The notes beneath the pieces are model-generated. The model ran no database searches and was not told the origin of the DNA. It saw only the letters and a program-made list of their open reading frames with translations. DNA of 59,669 nucleotides, filler included, from Pirum gemmata (Eukaryota): assembly GCA_002812295.1 (NCBI GenBank). It is 11 parts of 11 records of this genome, joined end to end, with 100 filler letters (N's around TTAATTAATTAA, not from the genome) between each part and the next. Parts side by side here need not be neighbours in the genome. Positions count along the whole stretch, not along the records: positions 1 to 5,024 come from PDIN01000715.1; positions 5,125 to 10,194 come from PDIN01000716.1; positions 10,295 to 15,330 come from PDIN01000717.1; 8 more parts are not named here. One strand, written 5' to 3'. Both the position numbers and the translations under genes were made by a program. Shown here in pieces: positions 1 through 12,025 of the stretch. Each line of letters opens with the position of its first letter. Position 1 is the first letter of the stretch.

Positions 1-43
<43 letters not shown>

Positions 44-60
44 TTGGTTAACTGTTTCAC

Positions 61-2739
61 TTACATATGACCTATTTTATCACCGAGAAAACCACAAACT
101 GGAGAAAAAAGTACATACAGACCACCAGGAATTATGAAGACCAAACCAACTTGGGCAGGGCTTAGATTTAAATTCAACTTCTCCCACCCATGCAAGTAAT
201 AAAAAATAAGTACGTAATTAAACAAAGACATAAAACCCACCACCCACAATAGTTACCAATATAAATAAATACATCGCACACACTTAAATAAAAATCCTAT
301 AACACACACTAAATCTGCATAATAAGCAAATTCAGTGAATAAATGTTACAATAGTTACCAATATAAACACACCACACACACTGAAAATAAAATTTTACAA
401 AACACACGAAATCTGCATAATAATATAAAATACAGTGAATTAACGCACTCCGACATATTTCACATGTTATGAGTTCGTTTGCGAAACGTGTCCTAATATA
501 TATATATTGATGGGTCGATTGAAACACTAAAAAAAAAAAAAACTTACATCATGGAGGAAATGATCAGCTAAAACAGGTTCAACAAAACCTAAGGCGCATG
601 TACCTATCAATACATTGAAAGAAAAGACAACAAAATAAAAAATATTAAAAAGCGATACATTCACATAATTATAGACTAGGATGTAGAAAAAAAGCTTGTG
701 ATTGCGCAGTATATCATCATCACTTAAATTATAAAATAATTCATTATTGTTATTGTTATAATTGCCTTTAGAATAAAAAATTAAAATTAATATCAATAAA
801 ACTTCATAAATAACCTAATGCCACTCCCAAAGAAACGGTCGAAAAAAATAAGTTGAACATGGACGGTAGTCTGAAATTTTCGGTGCTTGTTGCATCCTTC
901 TGAGCATCTACACTAACTATTTAATGAAACGCAGTTAAAAAGAAGGCAAGTTAACAGGACTAGAAAACAACAAATGGCAAAACAAAAAACAAAACATAAA
1001 AACAAAACATTAAAAAAAAAACATAAAAACAAAACATTAAAAAAAAACATTAAAAAAAAACAAAAAAAAACAAAAAAACAAAAAACAAAAAAAAAAACAA
1101 AACAAGAAAAACAAAAATATCAATATAATATTATACAAAAATACATACGTGAAAAGGTTTGAAAAATAATGTGGAAATAATATTATACAAAAATAGATAC
1201 ATGAAAAGGTTTGAAAAATAATGTAGAAAGCATAGCTATATATTATTCAGGAAAGTTATCACAAGGAATATTGAACGAACAGCAAGGGAACAAGAATGGA
1301 CTTACCAACTTTAAAGAATGGAAGGGCAAATAGCACTGAAAGAGGTAATGTTCCCATAACTAAAAAGGGAATTTTGAAATTTTTTGTATCATTTCCATAC
1401 AACAGACCGCCTAATAATAAAAGAAATTGTTTTAAATTTATGAGCATACCTTTGCATAGTCTTTGCATATTTTACAAAATATTTATTTTCTATAGAAAAA
1501 AACTATTCATTGCTTTCTCTTAGTTATCTACACTACGACAACATACATTATATATCTATTCTCACTTATTTTTCAGTATATTTTAATAAAATCAAACATA
1601 AAAAACAATCATGCAACAGTCATGCAACAAAAGAGTTCATACATACCGATAGGCGGGCCAAAAATAAATCCTAAGCCAGTCAGCATTTCCATTATTCCAA
1701 CAACCGCCCCTGAAAATTTCAAAAAACAAAAGTTTTAATAACGGATGGGACTTCTTCCCTCAACAAACAAAGATGGGTTAGAAATGTGTAATGGTATTCG
1801 TAGGTGGGCACAGAAAAGCCCGGTTAGTAGTAATAAAACTGGTACACAAAGTTAGGAAAGAAAAAATGTGCTGATAACAGGGAAGAGTAGTTAGTTAGTA
1901 TTTCAATAAATGGGAAGGGGAAAACGGTTAAGGGTAATAAAGACGAAAAGTCAACAGAAACATTTGATCAAGATAAAAAAAGGAGAATTAACTGATGGAC
2001 AAAAGAATGATAATTTGATGTGCAACTTGTTACAACGTCCACCAATTTATACTAATATTCTAAGAAATGAGAATTATTGCATATGTAATTTCAAAAAAAA
2101 AAAAATGGTAAACACAAATAGTGTACGGACAAACAGACATAACAAACGGCAAAAATACATAATGGTTCTAACATAAAAATAGGAAAAAGAGAAAAACCTA
2201 AATTATCAGGAAATGCTTCCATCAATATCACTGACGACGCGGTTCCAGCAGCAGATGCTACATTAACCCGATTTTAAAAAATAATAATAAAAATAGCGAT
2301 GGAAATGTTAGTACTGGAGACCATCGAAAGAAACAAAAAGTCTACCTTTTAAAATCATATAGTATAATATAATCCACAAAGCAAAGAAAAGCAAAACAAG
2401 TAATATATCAGTAATAAATACCTCCAACACCTTGTATAAATCGAACTATAAAATATAAATAAATTTCTTTACACAGTCCAAAACCAATTGTAGATAAAGA
2501 CAATATAAAAAGTCCCAAACCCAGAACCATTTTTTTCCCAATTTTCTTACAAGTCTTAGCCCAAAAAAATGAGCTTAAAAACACACCCAAAGGATAAACA
2601 GCAAAGATCATCCCTATAATTGTTTGAGAGGCCCCATTCTATAGGAAATAATTGTTCCGAAAGTTTTAATAATTAACAATGATAAAAAAAAAAAGACATA
2701 TATATATATATATAATATGAAACCACAAACACTGGTCCT

Positions 2740-2770
<31 letters not shown>

Positions 2771-3102
2771 CCTCTTTTTCTGCATACTGGGGGAAAAACG
2801 GAGCAACGATGGAAACAATGCAATTCACACAAAACTAAAAAACAAATAAGCAAAGGAAAGAAAGTGATATTTTAGTGATTTTAGTGTTTAACAAAAGTAT
2901 GGGGCAACGAAAAGGTAGAATTTATCAAATAATTACAGAGCAAAGAATATGTGGTAGTATTGGTAGTATTGTAAATGAGCTAGCAAACCATAGTCATTGA
3001 GCAACCCAAGAGCGTCACGATTCCTGTACTAGTTCGAAGAGGGTTCTCATTTGACTGAGCTTCTTCTGGAGGAGGAAGCAATGGTAGACTTTCACTTCGC
3101 AT
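61..3102 (-). CDS. Multi-exon MFS transporter, SLC18B1/vesicular amine transporter-like; 3' end runs off the window
   Basis: ATG at 3102 (MRSESLPLLPP...). GT-AG exons splice to ...FCVNCIVSIVAPFFPQYAEKE / NGASQTIIGMIFAVYPLGVFLSS...IVRFIQGVG / ASAAGTASSVILMEAFPDNLG / AVVGIMEMLTGLGFIFGPPIG / GLLY...KIPFLVMG / LGFVEPVLADHF / NLSPAQVGLVFIIPGGLYVLFSPVCGFLGDK. These match MFS motifs (RFxQG, GxxxGPxxGG). One small exon near 600-810 may be missed. Confidence 0.9.
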
Positions 3103-4348
3103 GGTTTCGTACAAAATAAATACTACAGCAAAATGCAAAAATACAAAGCAGAAAAGTCCAATGAACCCGGGTGGTAAATAATACGCAGAGCTAAATTATT
3201 TTTATTTTGTAAAGCTATGATAGTTAGTAAGTTTAGTAAAGTTGCTTTATGTTTTTATTTTGATCATTTACCCGTGGTAGACGATTTTTAGACCCTGATT
3301 TTTTATTTTTTATTTATCATATCAGTCATATCATTAGTCTATTGATAAAAGTATATTTTTGCACCAGGCGTAAGAGCTCATTTGGGTGTCTGTCTCTTCA
3401 GTGGCGAGTCTGGCGACCGGATCTCCAGCACATTTTGATACTTTTATCATACTTTTATATTTTATCATGATCTACTTAGTATACTACTTTTTTTCTAAAG
3501 AGAATTTTTTTTTTATTTTTTTTTTAACAGCTTGATGTTAACTAGCCAAATTATTTTTAAAAACTACCAATTGGTTCATAATAAAGGTTTTTAGTTAGAA
3601 TATTTCTCAAACTTTGGTAGTACTTTCATTAAAATTAGTTCATTTTGAATTTTTTTTTTGATTTTTGAGCTCATATGGAGGATGTCGCCATTTTTATCCG
3701 GCTTGATATAAGTTCATATAACGTTAGAATAAAAAATAAAAATCATTTGGTCCAGCTGCCAGCATGACATGATTTGTAGACATGATTTGTGGTAGTCATA
3801 TAGAGTCTATAAGTAGAAGTATAAAAGTAGTCTATATATCTCTACTATGATATCGATATTATCATAGCTAGCTAGCTAGCTATATATCTAGCTAGCTAGC
3901 TCCAGCTATGGTAGCTCTAGCTAGACTAGCTAGCTAGCTAGTAGTTACTCCCCACTACTTCAGCTAGCTACTAGCTAGCTAGTAGTATGACAGACTACTA
4001 TGATAGCTTAGTACTAGTAGCTAGCTATGATAGCTATGATTATTTGACTATAGCTAGTAGGGTCTGGACTCTGACAACTGCAAGGTTTACTCTATTTATA
4101 ATGAATAAATATCGATAATCATTATTGATATCATAATATCGATAATTATCATATGCACATATCATAATAAAAGCAGAAAGAAAAAGTCATATGATACTGT
4201 CGATGTCTCTTATAATTTATAAACGAGTCACGAATCTTTTTCATAACAAAAACTTAATTTTTAATCAAACACAAAAAAAGTATGTGGTTTGAAGGAAAGT
4301 TAATAAAAGTCTACTAACAGTCTTTCTTTACTCTTACGCTGAAGAAAA

Positions 4349-4714
4349 ATGTATTTATTAAGAAATAATAAATTTTTAAATAGGCTTCCCAGCTATTTCA
4401 TAAATGGAAGAAGCGAAAAATTTACAAACCTAAACAGTCAAGTCTTATATCCACAGTTGCGTTGCAAGTATATTGAAAAAAACAGCTGGGATTATGATCT
4501 CAATTATACAGCCAAGAGAAGATTTCATTCAGGCTATGGTAAGTTAATAAGCGACAATGAAAGTAAATCTGGATCGAATAATCAAGGAACGCCGAAACTT
4601 GCTTTCCCTTTTCAAATGAGTGAAACGAAGAGGGACATTCGAAATACAACCACTCAGGAAAAGCAGAGTCAAAAACAAAATGCTAACTCTTTGTTTATTA
4701 AAAAAACCGTTAAA
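4349..4714 (+). CDS. Probable first exon of an unknown protein with a basic, possibly mitochondrial-targeting N-terminus
   Basis: ~122 codons open, non-repetitive, R/K/S-rich start; ends at a plausible donor AAAG|GTTAAT followed by microsatellite intron and a gap. Confidence 0.45.
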
Positions 4715-4807
4715 GGTTAATTTTCACAACTCTGCCTGCCTGTAGCGCCGTTACTATGTTGTTGTTTCCGTTATCATATTTATTACCTTTACCATTATCA
4801 TATCATT

Positions 4808-5023
4808 ACCCTTACCTTTACCCTGACCTTTACTCTTACTCTTGCCCTTTCCCTTTTCCCTTACCCTTACCTTACCCTTTACCTTTACCTTTACCTTTAC
4901 CTTTCTATTTTCCTTATCCTTACTCTTACCCTTTATATCACGCTTACCCTTACCCTTACCCTTACCCTTACCCTTACCCTTACCCTTACCCTTACCCTTA
5001 CCCTTACCCTTACCCTTACCCTT
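4808..5023 (+). repeat. (CCCTTA)n / TAAGGG hexamer microsatellite
   Basis: Tandem TTACCC units, degenerate on the left and perfect up to the gap. Confidence 0.95.
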
Positions 5024-5024
5024 C

Positions 5025-5124
5025 NNNNNNNNNNNNNNNNNNNNNNNNNNNNNNNNNNNNNNNNNNNNTTAATTAATTAANNNNNNNNNNNNNNNNNNNN
5101 NNNNNNNNNNNNNNNNNNNNNNNN
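5025..5124. other. Artificial contig linker N44-TTAATTAATTAA-N44. The 12-mer also occurs at 10239, 15375, 20522, 28622, 33776, 38929, 44086, 49211 and 54563
   Basis: Identical 12-mer (stop codons in all six frames) centred in N runs, ten times, mostly ~5.1 kb apart. Confidence 0.97.
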
Positions 5125-5545
5125 TATGACGTCAATGATGACGCAAGCATGACGTATAAAAACTTAAATGTTTGTGACGTCACATTTAATGAAAAACGGA
5201 TGATACCATCTAACCTCAGCCATTTTGGCCTTCGTCCCACCAAAAACTTGAGAACAAAAACTTTTTTGGTCCCTGGCGTTTTTGACATTTGGCTGTGTTT
5301 AGTTGAAATCCGAAAATTTTCTCTAACATCCAAAAAAATATTTCTATTTTTGTTCTTTAAAAGTTCTTTATTAAAGGGAGTCTGGGAAATATACAAATAT
5401 AGAATTTCATAATATTAAAATTTCTATATATAGAATTTCATCTAATATGAAAATTCCATATTTGATATAATAATTACCATATTTAAAATCCCAAATCCCC
5501 AAAAACCCAAAAATTAGTATAATTAATTTTTACATTATAATTTAN

Positions 5546-5605
<60 letters not shown>

Positions 5606-5630
5606 AAAATAGAAAATAGACTAAAAAATA

Positions 5631-6569
5631 TTAAAATGAATCTAAAAAGAAACCATGATTCTGTAATGCTAATAAAATAAAAACTTGAAAATCAATTAAT
5701 AATCTATTATAATAATTAGTCAACTCACTTATTGAATGTTGAAGATGAAAAACTTTTCCTATTTGTAAATATCTCTCTACAGTTTTCAAAGATGCCCATC
5801 TACCTCTTAATTTAATCTGATAAATAGATACACCATCCAAAAATAATTTAACTGCAGACCCATGTCTTAAGGAATGGGAAGAAAAACCAAAATTATGTAA
5901 ATTAAAAGTTTGTAAAATGTTTTTGAATAACATCCGAAACTTACTATAAGTTATATGTGAAAATAAAAACATATTATCTTGAATTCCAAATTTTGTACAA
6001 TATATTTTTACTAATTTTAATAAGAAAGGATCATCAATATGTACATATTGATTAGTTCCAGTTTTAGCGAATTGAATAATAATATTATTACTAATTGTTA
6101 TATCTGTAAACCGCAAAGATAAAGTTTCAGAGATACGTAATAAGCCAGCAAAAGATAAATAAATAATCAACATGTAATCAATTTGATTATGTAATGATAA
6201 AAAAATACACAATAATTTAAAAATTGAAAAAGGTAAAGGAGGAATAGAATGATCACCCTTATATTTTTTCCACCCTTTTAAAGCTCTAATACAAATAGGT
6301 AATTTGCCATATAATGAAGGATTAAAATGTTGTAAAGCTACTCTAATAGTATTGCAATGTCTAAAAAATTTATCACTCTCTTCAAATTTATAACAAATAT
6401 AATGTAAAAATAAAATATCATGATTAAAAGAAGTATCATGAATGTTATAAGAAATGTTAAACGCCTCTATTATCCATTTTACAAATTGAACTAAATCCAA
6501 TTCATAACGACGTCTGGAGACCTCTTTTAAATTATAATTTAATAAATTAATTGCAGTAGAACGATTCAT
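5631..6569 (-). CDS. Tyrosine recombinase, DIRS/Ngaro/Crypton-like, intronless, 312 aa
   Basis: Catalytic set in order: AGLLRISE (R), FAKTG (K), SSHSLRHG (HxxR), RGRWAS (W), VERYL (Y). The GRWxS...xxxY tail is typical of DIRS-type YRs. Confidence 0.92.
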   Translation of the reverse strand: MNRSTAINLLNYNLKEVSRRRYELDLVQFVKWIIEAFNISYNIHDTSFNHDILFLHYICYKFEESDKFFRHCNTIRVALQHFNPSLYGKLPICIRALKGWKKYKGDHSIPPLPFSIFKLLCIFLSLHNQIDYMLIIYLSFAGLLRISETLSLRFTDITISNNIIIQFAKTGTNQYVHIDDPFLLKLVKIYCTKFGIQDNMFLFSHITYSKFRMLFKNILQTFNLHNFGFSSHSLRHGSAVKLFLDGVSIYQIKLRGRWASLKTVERYLQIGKVFHLQHSISELTNYYNRLLIDFQVFILLALQNHGFFLDSF

Positions 6570-6773
6570 AATATAAAGGGAGGGAACAATGGGAGGGAAA
6601 AGAATATTAAATTATAAAATATAATAAATAGACTAGCTAGCTACTAGCTAGTATAGTAGTAGACAGGCCTACTAGCTAGCTACTAGCTAGTATGTCTCTA
6701 GCTAGAGCTAGCTAGCTACTATCGATAGCTAGCTAGCTAGCTAGGACTAGTCTAGCTATTCGAACTCGATTTT

Positions 6774-6828
<55 letters not shown>

Positions 6829-7735
6829 TATTATTATTTTTTTTTTTTTTTATGAAGATATAATTATTGGATAATATTATGTATAAATAGCCAAAAAATG
6901 TAAAATTTCTGGAAAAAATCAGTTTTTTTTTATTTGTGTAGTATTTTTGTGAATTTTTATTATGTAGAATGTTGTGTTTCGTTTATTAATTTTATTTATG
7001 TTTTAATATTGTGTTTCGTTTGTTAAATTTATTCATCTTTTTTAATATTTGTTTTTTAATACATACTTTTTTTTATTACTTATCATTACTATGTTATTTC
7101 TGGTTTTTTTTTTTAATATTTCCAACTTTCCAATATTTTCATAAAGAATTCCATGAACTTTATTATTTATTATTGTTTTATCAATATTTTCGCAATATTT
7201 TCAGTTTTTATTTGTTTTTATTATTTTTACACTCTTTTTTTGCACACTTTCTTTCATGTCTCTATTTTAATTGTTTCAAGTGTTTGTATTTATTTTATAT
7301 TATTTTATGTATTTTGATTTTTGATTTTTATTTATTGTTTTGTTCTATTTTCATTTTCATTTTCATTTTCATTTTTATTTTCATTTTTTTATTTATTTTA
7401 TTTATTTATTTATTTATTTAGCTGATTTTATTTTTATTTTATTTTATTTATATTTAGTCATTTTAGTTATTTTAGTCATTTTAGTTATTTTAGTTTATTT
7501 TAGTTCAGATTATTTTTCTACAGTTTGTTTATTTTGTAATATATTTTTGATGACTGCTATATAGTATTTTCCAGCAAAAGTAAAAAAAGAAAAAAGAATA
7601 AATAGATTCTTTATTTCTTTTTTTATTTTTAGAATTTTAGTAAGTTATCTACTAAAACAACAAAAACAAAAAATAATTATAAATAAACGTTTAGTGTTTT
7701 TTTATATAGTAGTAGTTTAATTTAGTATATCCAAA

Positions 7736-9778
7736 ATGTCTATTATCGCAGAAAATTTACAATCTCAACCAGAGTATTTTATTCGTTCTGGTTTTGAAAA
7801 TGCCACTTACAGTGGCAGTAATGATATTACGAATGACTGTAATACAAGTTATGATTGGGATAATGACAACAGTACTGTTATGTATGATGATGATGATGAT
7901 GATGATGATTTTGAGTTTGACAATTTTGGTTTTGGGCGTTTTATTGATAGTGAAACGGAACGGTATAGTTATATTAAAGCCCTTAATAGTGGTGGGTTTG
8001 GAGACGTATTTTTAGTAGCCGATGAAGAAAATAATGGGCTAGTTTGTGCTATGAAAGTGATGAATTATCAAAAAGTAAGCGTAGATGATTCTATATTTGA
8101 AGCGAGATTTTGCACAGGGTTACAACATCCTAATGTCATTACAACGTACGATTGGTTTGTAACCAATAATGAAACTTTTATAATACAAGAATATTGCTCA
8201 GGTGGTGATTTGTTTGACGTCATTACACCCTTAGATGGTATCGAAGATGAAGCCAGAGTTAAAAAGTATTTTAAACAGATATGTGAAGGAGTCAGTTATT
8301 TACATTCTAAGGATTTAGTTCACAAAGATTTAAAAGCTGAAAATATTATGTTAACTGGAGATGATGACATAAGATTAATTGATTTTGGGTTATCTGGATG
8401 GGCAGACGATGAAGTTGATCCTTTAGTTGGTACCATTCCTTATATGGCACCAGAAGTTTATCGAAGACTTGGTGCTTCCACTGATGGAAAAGCTGCGGAT
8501 ATATGGGCACTTGGTGTATTGCTGTATGTGATGATTGTTGGTTCAAACCCCTGGGATGCCCCTTCACCCCATGATCCAGAATTTAAGCGATTCAACAAGG
8601 AAAACCAATTCACTGATTATCAATGGTCTCCAAAGTTGCACGAGTTGTTTAACAAACTTTTTAAAAGCTCACCCAGTAAAAGAATCACTGTGGATGAAAT
8701 ATTTGAATACTTTGACTATAACTGGTTTGCTGAAGATGAATGGCACACCACCCAAGGTAGTAGGGTATTACTTGATGATGGTAGGACTTTTGGTGTTTAC
8801 ACTGAAGAAAACTTAAATGATGATGAGTTAGTGAAACCAGCTTTATCTGAAAGTTGGGGTCATGATATATTGTTCGTGGATCCGAATAATATTAGTACAA
8901 CCAGTGGAAGTGAAAGTGATGTAGACACCAGTTTTAGCAGTAGTACTTACAAACCCAAGTTGACTAAGAGAAAGAGTAAGGTATTTAAGCGAAGAAGTGC
9001 TCATAATTTAAATGATGAAGACATAGAAAGCTTTGCCCAATTCAAAATCACCATTACTCCAGATGATTCCGAAGCAGAAGATAACGATGATTTTGAAAAC
9101 GAGTCGGATGTAGGTTTAAGTGATTCAAGTTCTGACTTGAATTTGATTTTCGATTCGGATTATAGCGATGCTAATGAGCAACAACAAGAAGTGCCAAAAT
9201 TTTTGGCTATACCCAATAACAACAATAACCAAATAGTTGATAATGGTACTGCCTATTTGAAAAAACAGAAAATCAAAGCCATGAAACGCAGAAGCAAGGC
9301 TATGAAGATCAATTATATGGGTCAGCAACCACGTAATACTCCTCGATGGTCTTTCAAGGGAGATTCCTTTTTGTCTGATGAAGAAGGTGGTGAATTTGAT
9401 AGTAAAACTATACATTCTTTGAGAAAAACATTGCATGAATTTGATTTTAAGGAAAATAATGATATGGCCGATGATGAGGAAGATTTTCAGTTTTCATTTA
9501 GTGATAAAGTGGATAAAGTGAAAAGTGATGGTTTGTCTTGGGGTGATATGTTTGATGAGGATGATAGCGGCGCAACACAGAATAGTGTTCAAAATAGCAA
9601 TAATGGCCTTGTTACCAGTACAGATTTGGGTGATTTGACCGACTCTGAAAGTGATGAAGGAGTTAAAATATCAAGTATAATACCAAAATCTGCTTCAAAG
9701 TATGATAGTGGTAGTGGTAAACATTCTAAACAGAATAGTAGTAATAAGAATGAATTGAGAGTTATGATGGCAGCGTAA
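7736..9778 (+). CDS. Ser/Thr protein kinase (CAMK-like/SBK-like) with long acidic C-terminal tail, intronless, 680 aa
   Basis: SGGFGDV, CAMK (catalytic Lys), HPNVI, HKDLKAEN, DFG, GTIPYMAPE, DIWALGV. Confidence 0.95.
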   Translation: MSIIAENLQSQPEYFIRSGFENATYSGSNDITNDCNTSYDWDNDNSTVMYDDDDDDDDFEFDNFGFGRFIDSETERYSYIKALNSGGFGDVFLVADEENNGLVCAMKVMNYQKVSVDDSIFEARFCTGLQHPNVITTYDWFVTNNETFIIQEYCSGGDLFDVITPLDGIEDEARVKKYFKQICEGVSYLHSKDLVHKDLKAENIMLTGDDDIRLIDFGLSGWADDEVDPLVGTIPYMAPEVYRRLGASTDGKAADIWALGVLLYVMIVGSNPWDAPSPHDPEFKRFNKENQFTDYQWSPKLHELFNKLFKSSPSKRITVDEIFEYFDYNWFAEDEWHTTQGSRVLLDDGRTFGVYTEENLNDDELVKPALSESWGHDILFVDPNNISTTSGSESDVDTSFSSSTYKPKLTKRKSKVFKRRSAHNLNDEDIESFAQFKITITPDDSEAEDNDDFENESDVGLSDSSSDLNLIFDSDYSDANEQQQEVPKFLAIPNNNNNQIVDNGTAYLKKQKIKAMKRRSKAMKINYMGQQPRNTPRWSFKGDSFLSDEEGGEFDSKTIHSLRKTLHEFDFKENNDMADDEEDFQFSFSDKVDKVKSDGLSWGDMFDEDDSGATQNSVQNSNNGLVTSTDLGDLTDSESDEGVKISSIIPKSASKYDSGSGKHSKQNSSNKNELRVMMAA

Positions 9779-9802
9779 ATTTTACGTTTTCTCAATTTTA
9801 TG

Positions 9803-9866
<64 letters not shown>

Positions 9867-10547
9867 TTTTTTTTCCATCTTTGTTTTTGTTTTTGTTTTT
9901 TTGTTTTTTTTACATTCTATTTCAATCCTTGAATAAAATAAAATCTGAAAAATTGATAATCTTCTCGTTAGCTTTTAATTGAAAAAATATCGTTAATTGC
10001 CAGTTTTATTTGTTCATTTGTAATATTTGCGGCCTACTACTACTGCTACTGCTACTGCTGCTGCTACTATTACTACTATTACTACCACTACTACTGATTA
10101 CTACTACTACTACTACTACTACTGCTGCTACTACTACTACTACTACTACTACTATTACTATGATACTACTACTACTACTACTACTACTACTATTNNNNNN
10201 NNNNNNNNNNNNNNNNNNNNNNNNNNNNNNNNNNNNNNTTAATTAATTAANNNNNNNNNNNNNNNNNNNNNNNNNNNNNNNNNNNNNNNNNNNNTAAATA
10301 TAAATAATATATATATATATATAGATAATTATATATATATAAATATTATAGAAAAAGTTCCGAAAGACCCAAATCGGGCTCCACGTAATAATGATAATAA
10401 TATTTTAATATTTTTTAATTTATAATAATGATAATATAATAATAATAATAATAATAATAAAAATAACTTTAACAATAATAATAGTTTTAGTAATATAATA
10501 ATAATAATGATAAAATAATATATTATAAAGAAATTAGTAATAATTAC

Positions 10548-11341
10548 ATTCAGCATCATGAGGTGCACCAAAGAAGTGGCCAATCTCGTGTCTGGTTACA
10601 GCTCCGAAATAACTAAACCCTGAAGCGCCATTTATAGCTGGCCAGTCGGGCATATCTCTTTGGCAGGCAGGGGTTGAAGGACCTACTGGTGACCACCCTC
10701 CTTCTCCGGGAAATCCTTGAGAATTGGTTGTCACGATTATAGCCATATCGTCACCTTGCAGAATGTATGTCCCTTGTTCTCTGGCGTAATTGCCAAAGTC
10801 ACTAAGAGCAGCAAGAAGGCTTGGAGAAGCGGAAAGTGGTACATCTTGGTCTGTAATAAATGAATAACTATAAGACCAAGTTACTTTTGGATTTGGAAAT
10901 GTAGGCGCGTCAAAAGCATCATCTACTTCACTAATGGTATTACCAATCGCAGCTCTAAGTATAATTTATATAATTATACATACATATATATAAGTAAAGC
11001 AAAAAAACACAACAAACATCTTGATGTGTTGAAAGTCTGGTCATGGTTTTTGCTATAAAAAGAAAAAAAGAAGAAACCAACTTTTTGATGATATTGTGTT
11101 AAAAAGGACATGCTCATGGTTTTTTTTTTATAGTTATGGCTAATTATGACAGTAGGGATAAGGTTAAGGTCGAGATAAGATTAGGATTTTAGAGTTAGCT
11201 GTAAGGCGAGTATTACATTGTGGAAGCTTTATTGGTATCAGTCCAGGCTTGACCATCGATAACAGAGTTATGCACGAAAACGCGGAGGCCAACATTAAGA
11301 GCGCCAACGTCGAGTATCCTTAACACTATGCAAAGCATCAT
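10548..11341 (-). CDS. Metzincin zinc metallopeptidase (M12B/reprolysin-like), partial; exons ~11218-11341 and 10548-10954
   Basis: HEIGHFFGAPHD matches HExxHxxGxxHD. The two exons join in phase 2 (AT|gt...ag|A). Exon 10548-10954 is fully open. The 5' boundary is uncertain and the gene is cut by the gap. Confidence 0.8.
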
Positions 11342-11979
11342 AACTTTACTTAAATTGTTAATAAATATATTAATACCCATCTTGATAAATAATAAAGCTT
11401 CAAATTTTTTGCAATAGTGTTATATTAAATTTATATATAATTTAAGTCTATTTGTTTACCTTTTTGTTTATAAAATTAGTATTAATTTTGTTGCTGTTAA
11501 TAATATTTATTTTGGATTTTGATCTTGATTTCTTTTTTAAAAAATTATATTACTTTAGACCCGTCTATATATAACCGAATATTTGCTATATATATTAATA
11601 TATATATATATATATAATATGTAATTATGTAACAGAACATAAGAGATGTAATAATTACGTATAACTAACCCTACACTATCATATAATTACCAAGGATACG
11701 TAATTACACTCGTTTACAATTATTATTATATTTGTTTGATATCAAATAAAAATAAGGAAAAAAAGATCATGGACATGCATTGATCTACTTCAGTCTATAT
11801 ATAGATACAAACTGATACAGATAAATGATCGATATGATATCTGTATTATGTAAATAAAAATTATAATAAAATTTTTAATAAATTGCTCAAGTTTGATCAT
11901 GTACAGTACCTGTACTTGTAAATCTGCTGTGAATCTGTGATATGTATAAAAATACAATTAACGTCTATATATAGAGTAT

Positions 11980-12025
11980 AGGGTTAGGGTTAGGGTTAGG
12001 GTTAGGGTTAGGGTTAGGGTTAGGG
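11980..12025 (+). repeat. Interstitial (TTAGGG)n tract. Others at ~13800, 18278-18555, 18846, 25462-25550, 28747, 39287, 49002, 49953, 51222-51325
   Basis: Tandem TTAGGG or CCCTAA units read directly. Confidence 0.95.
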
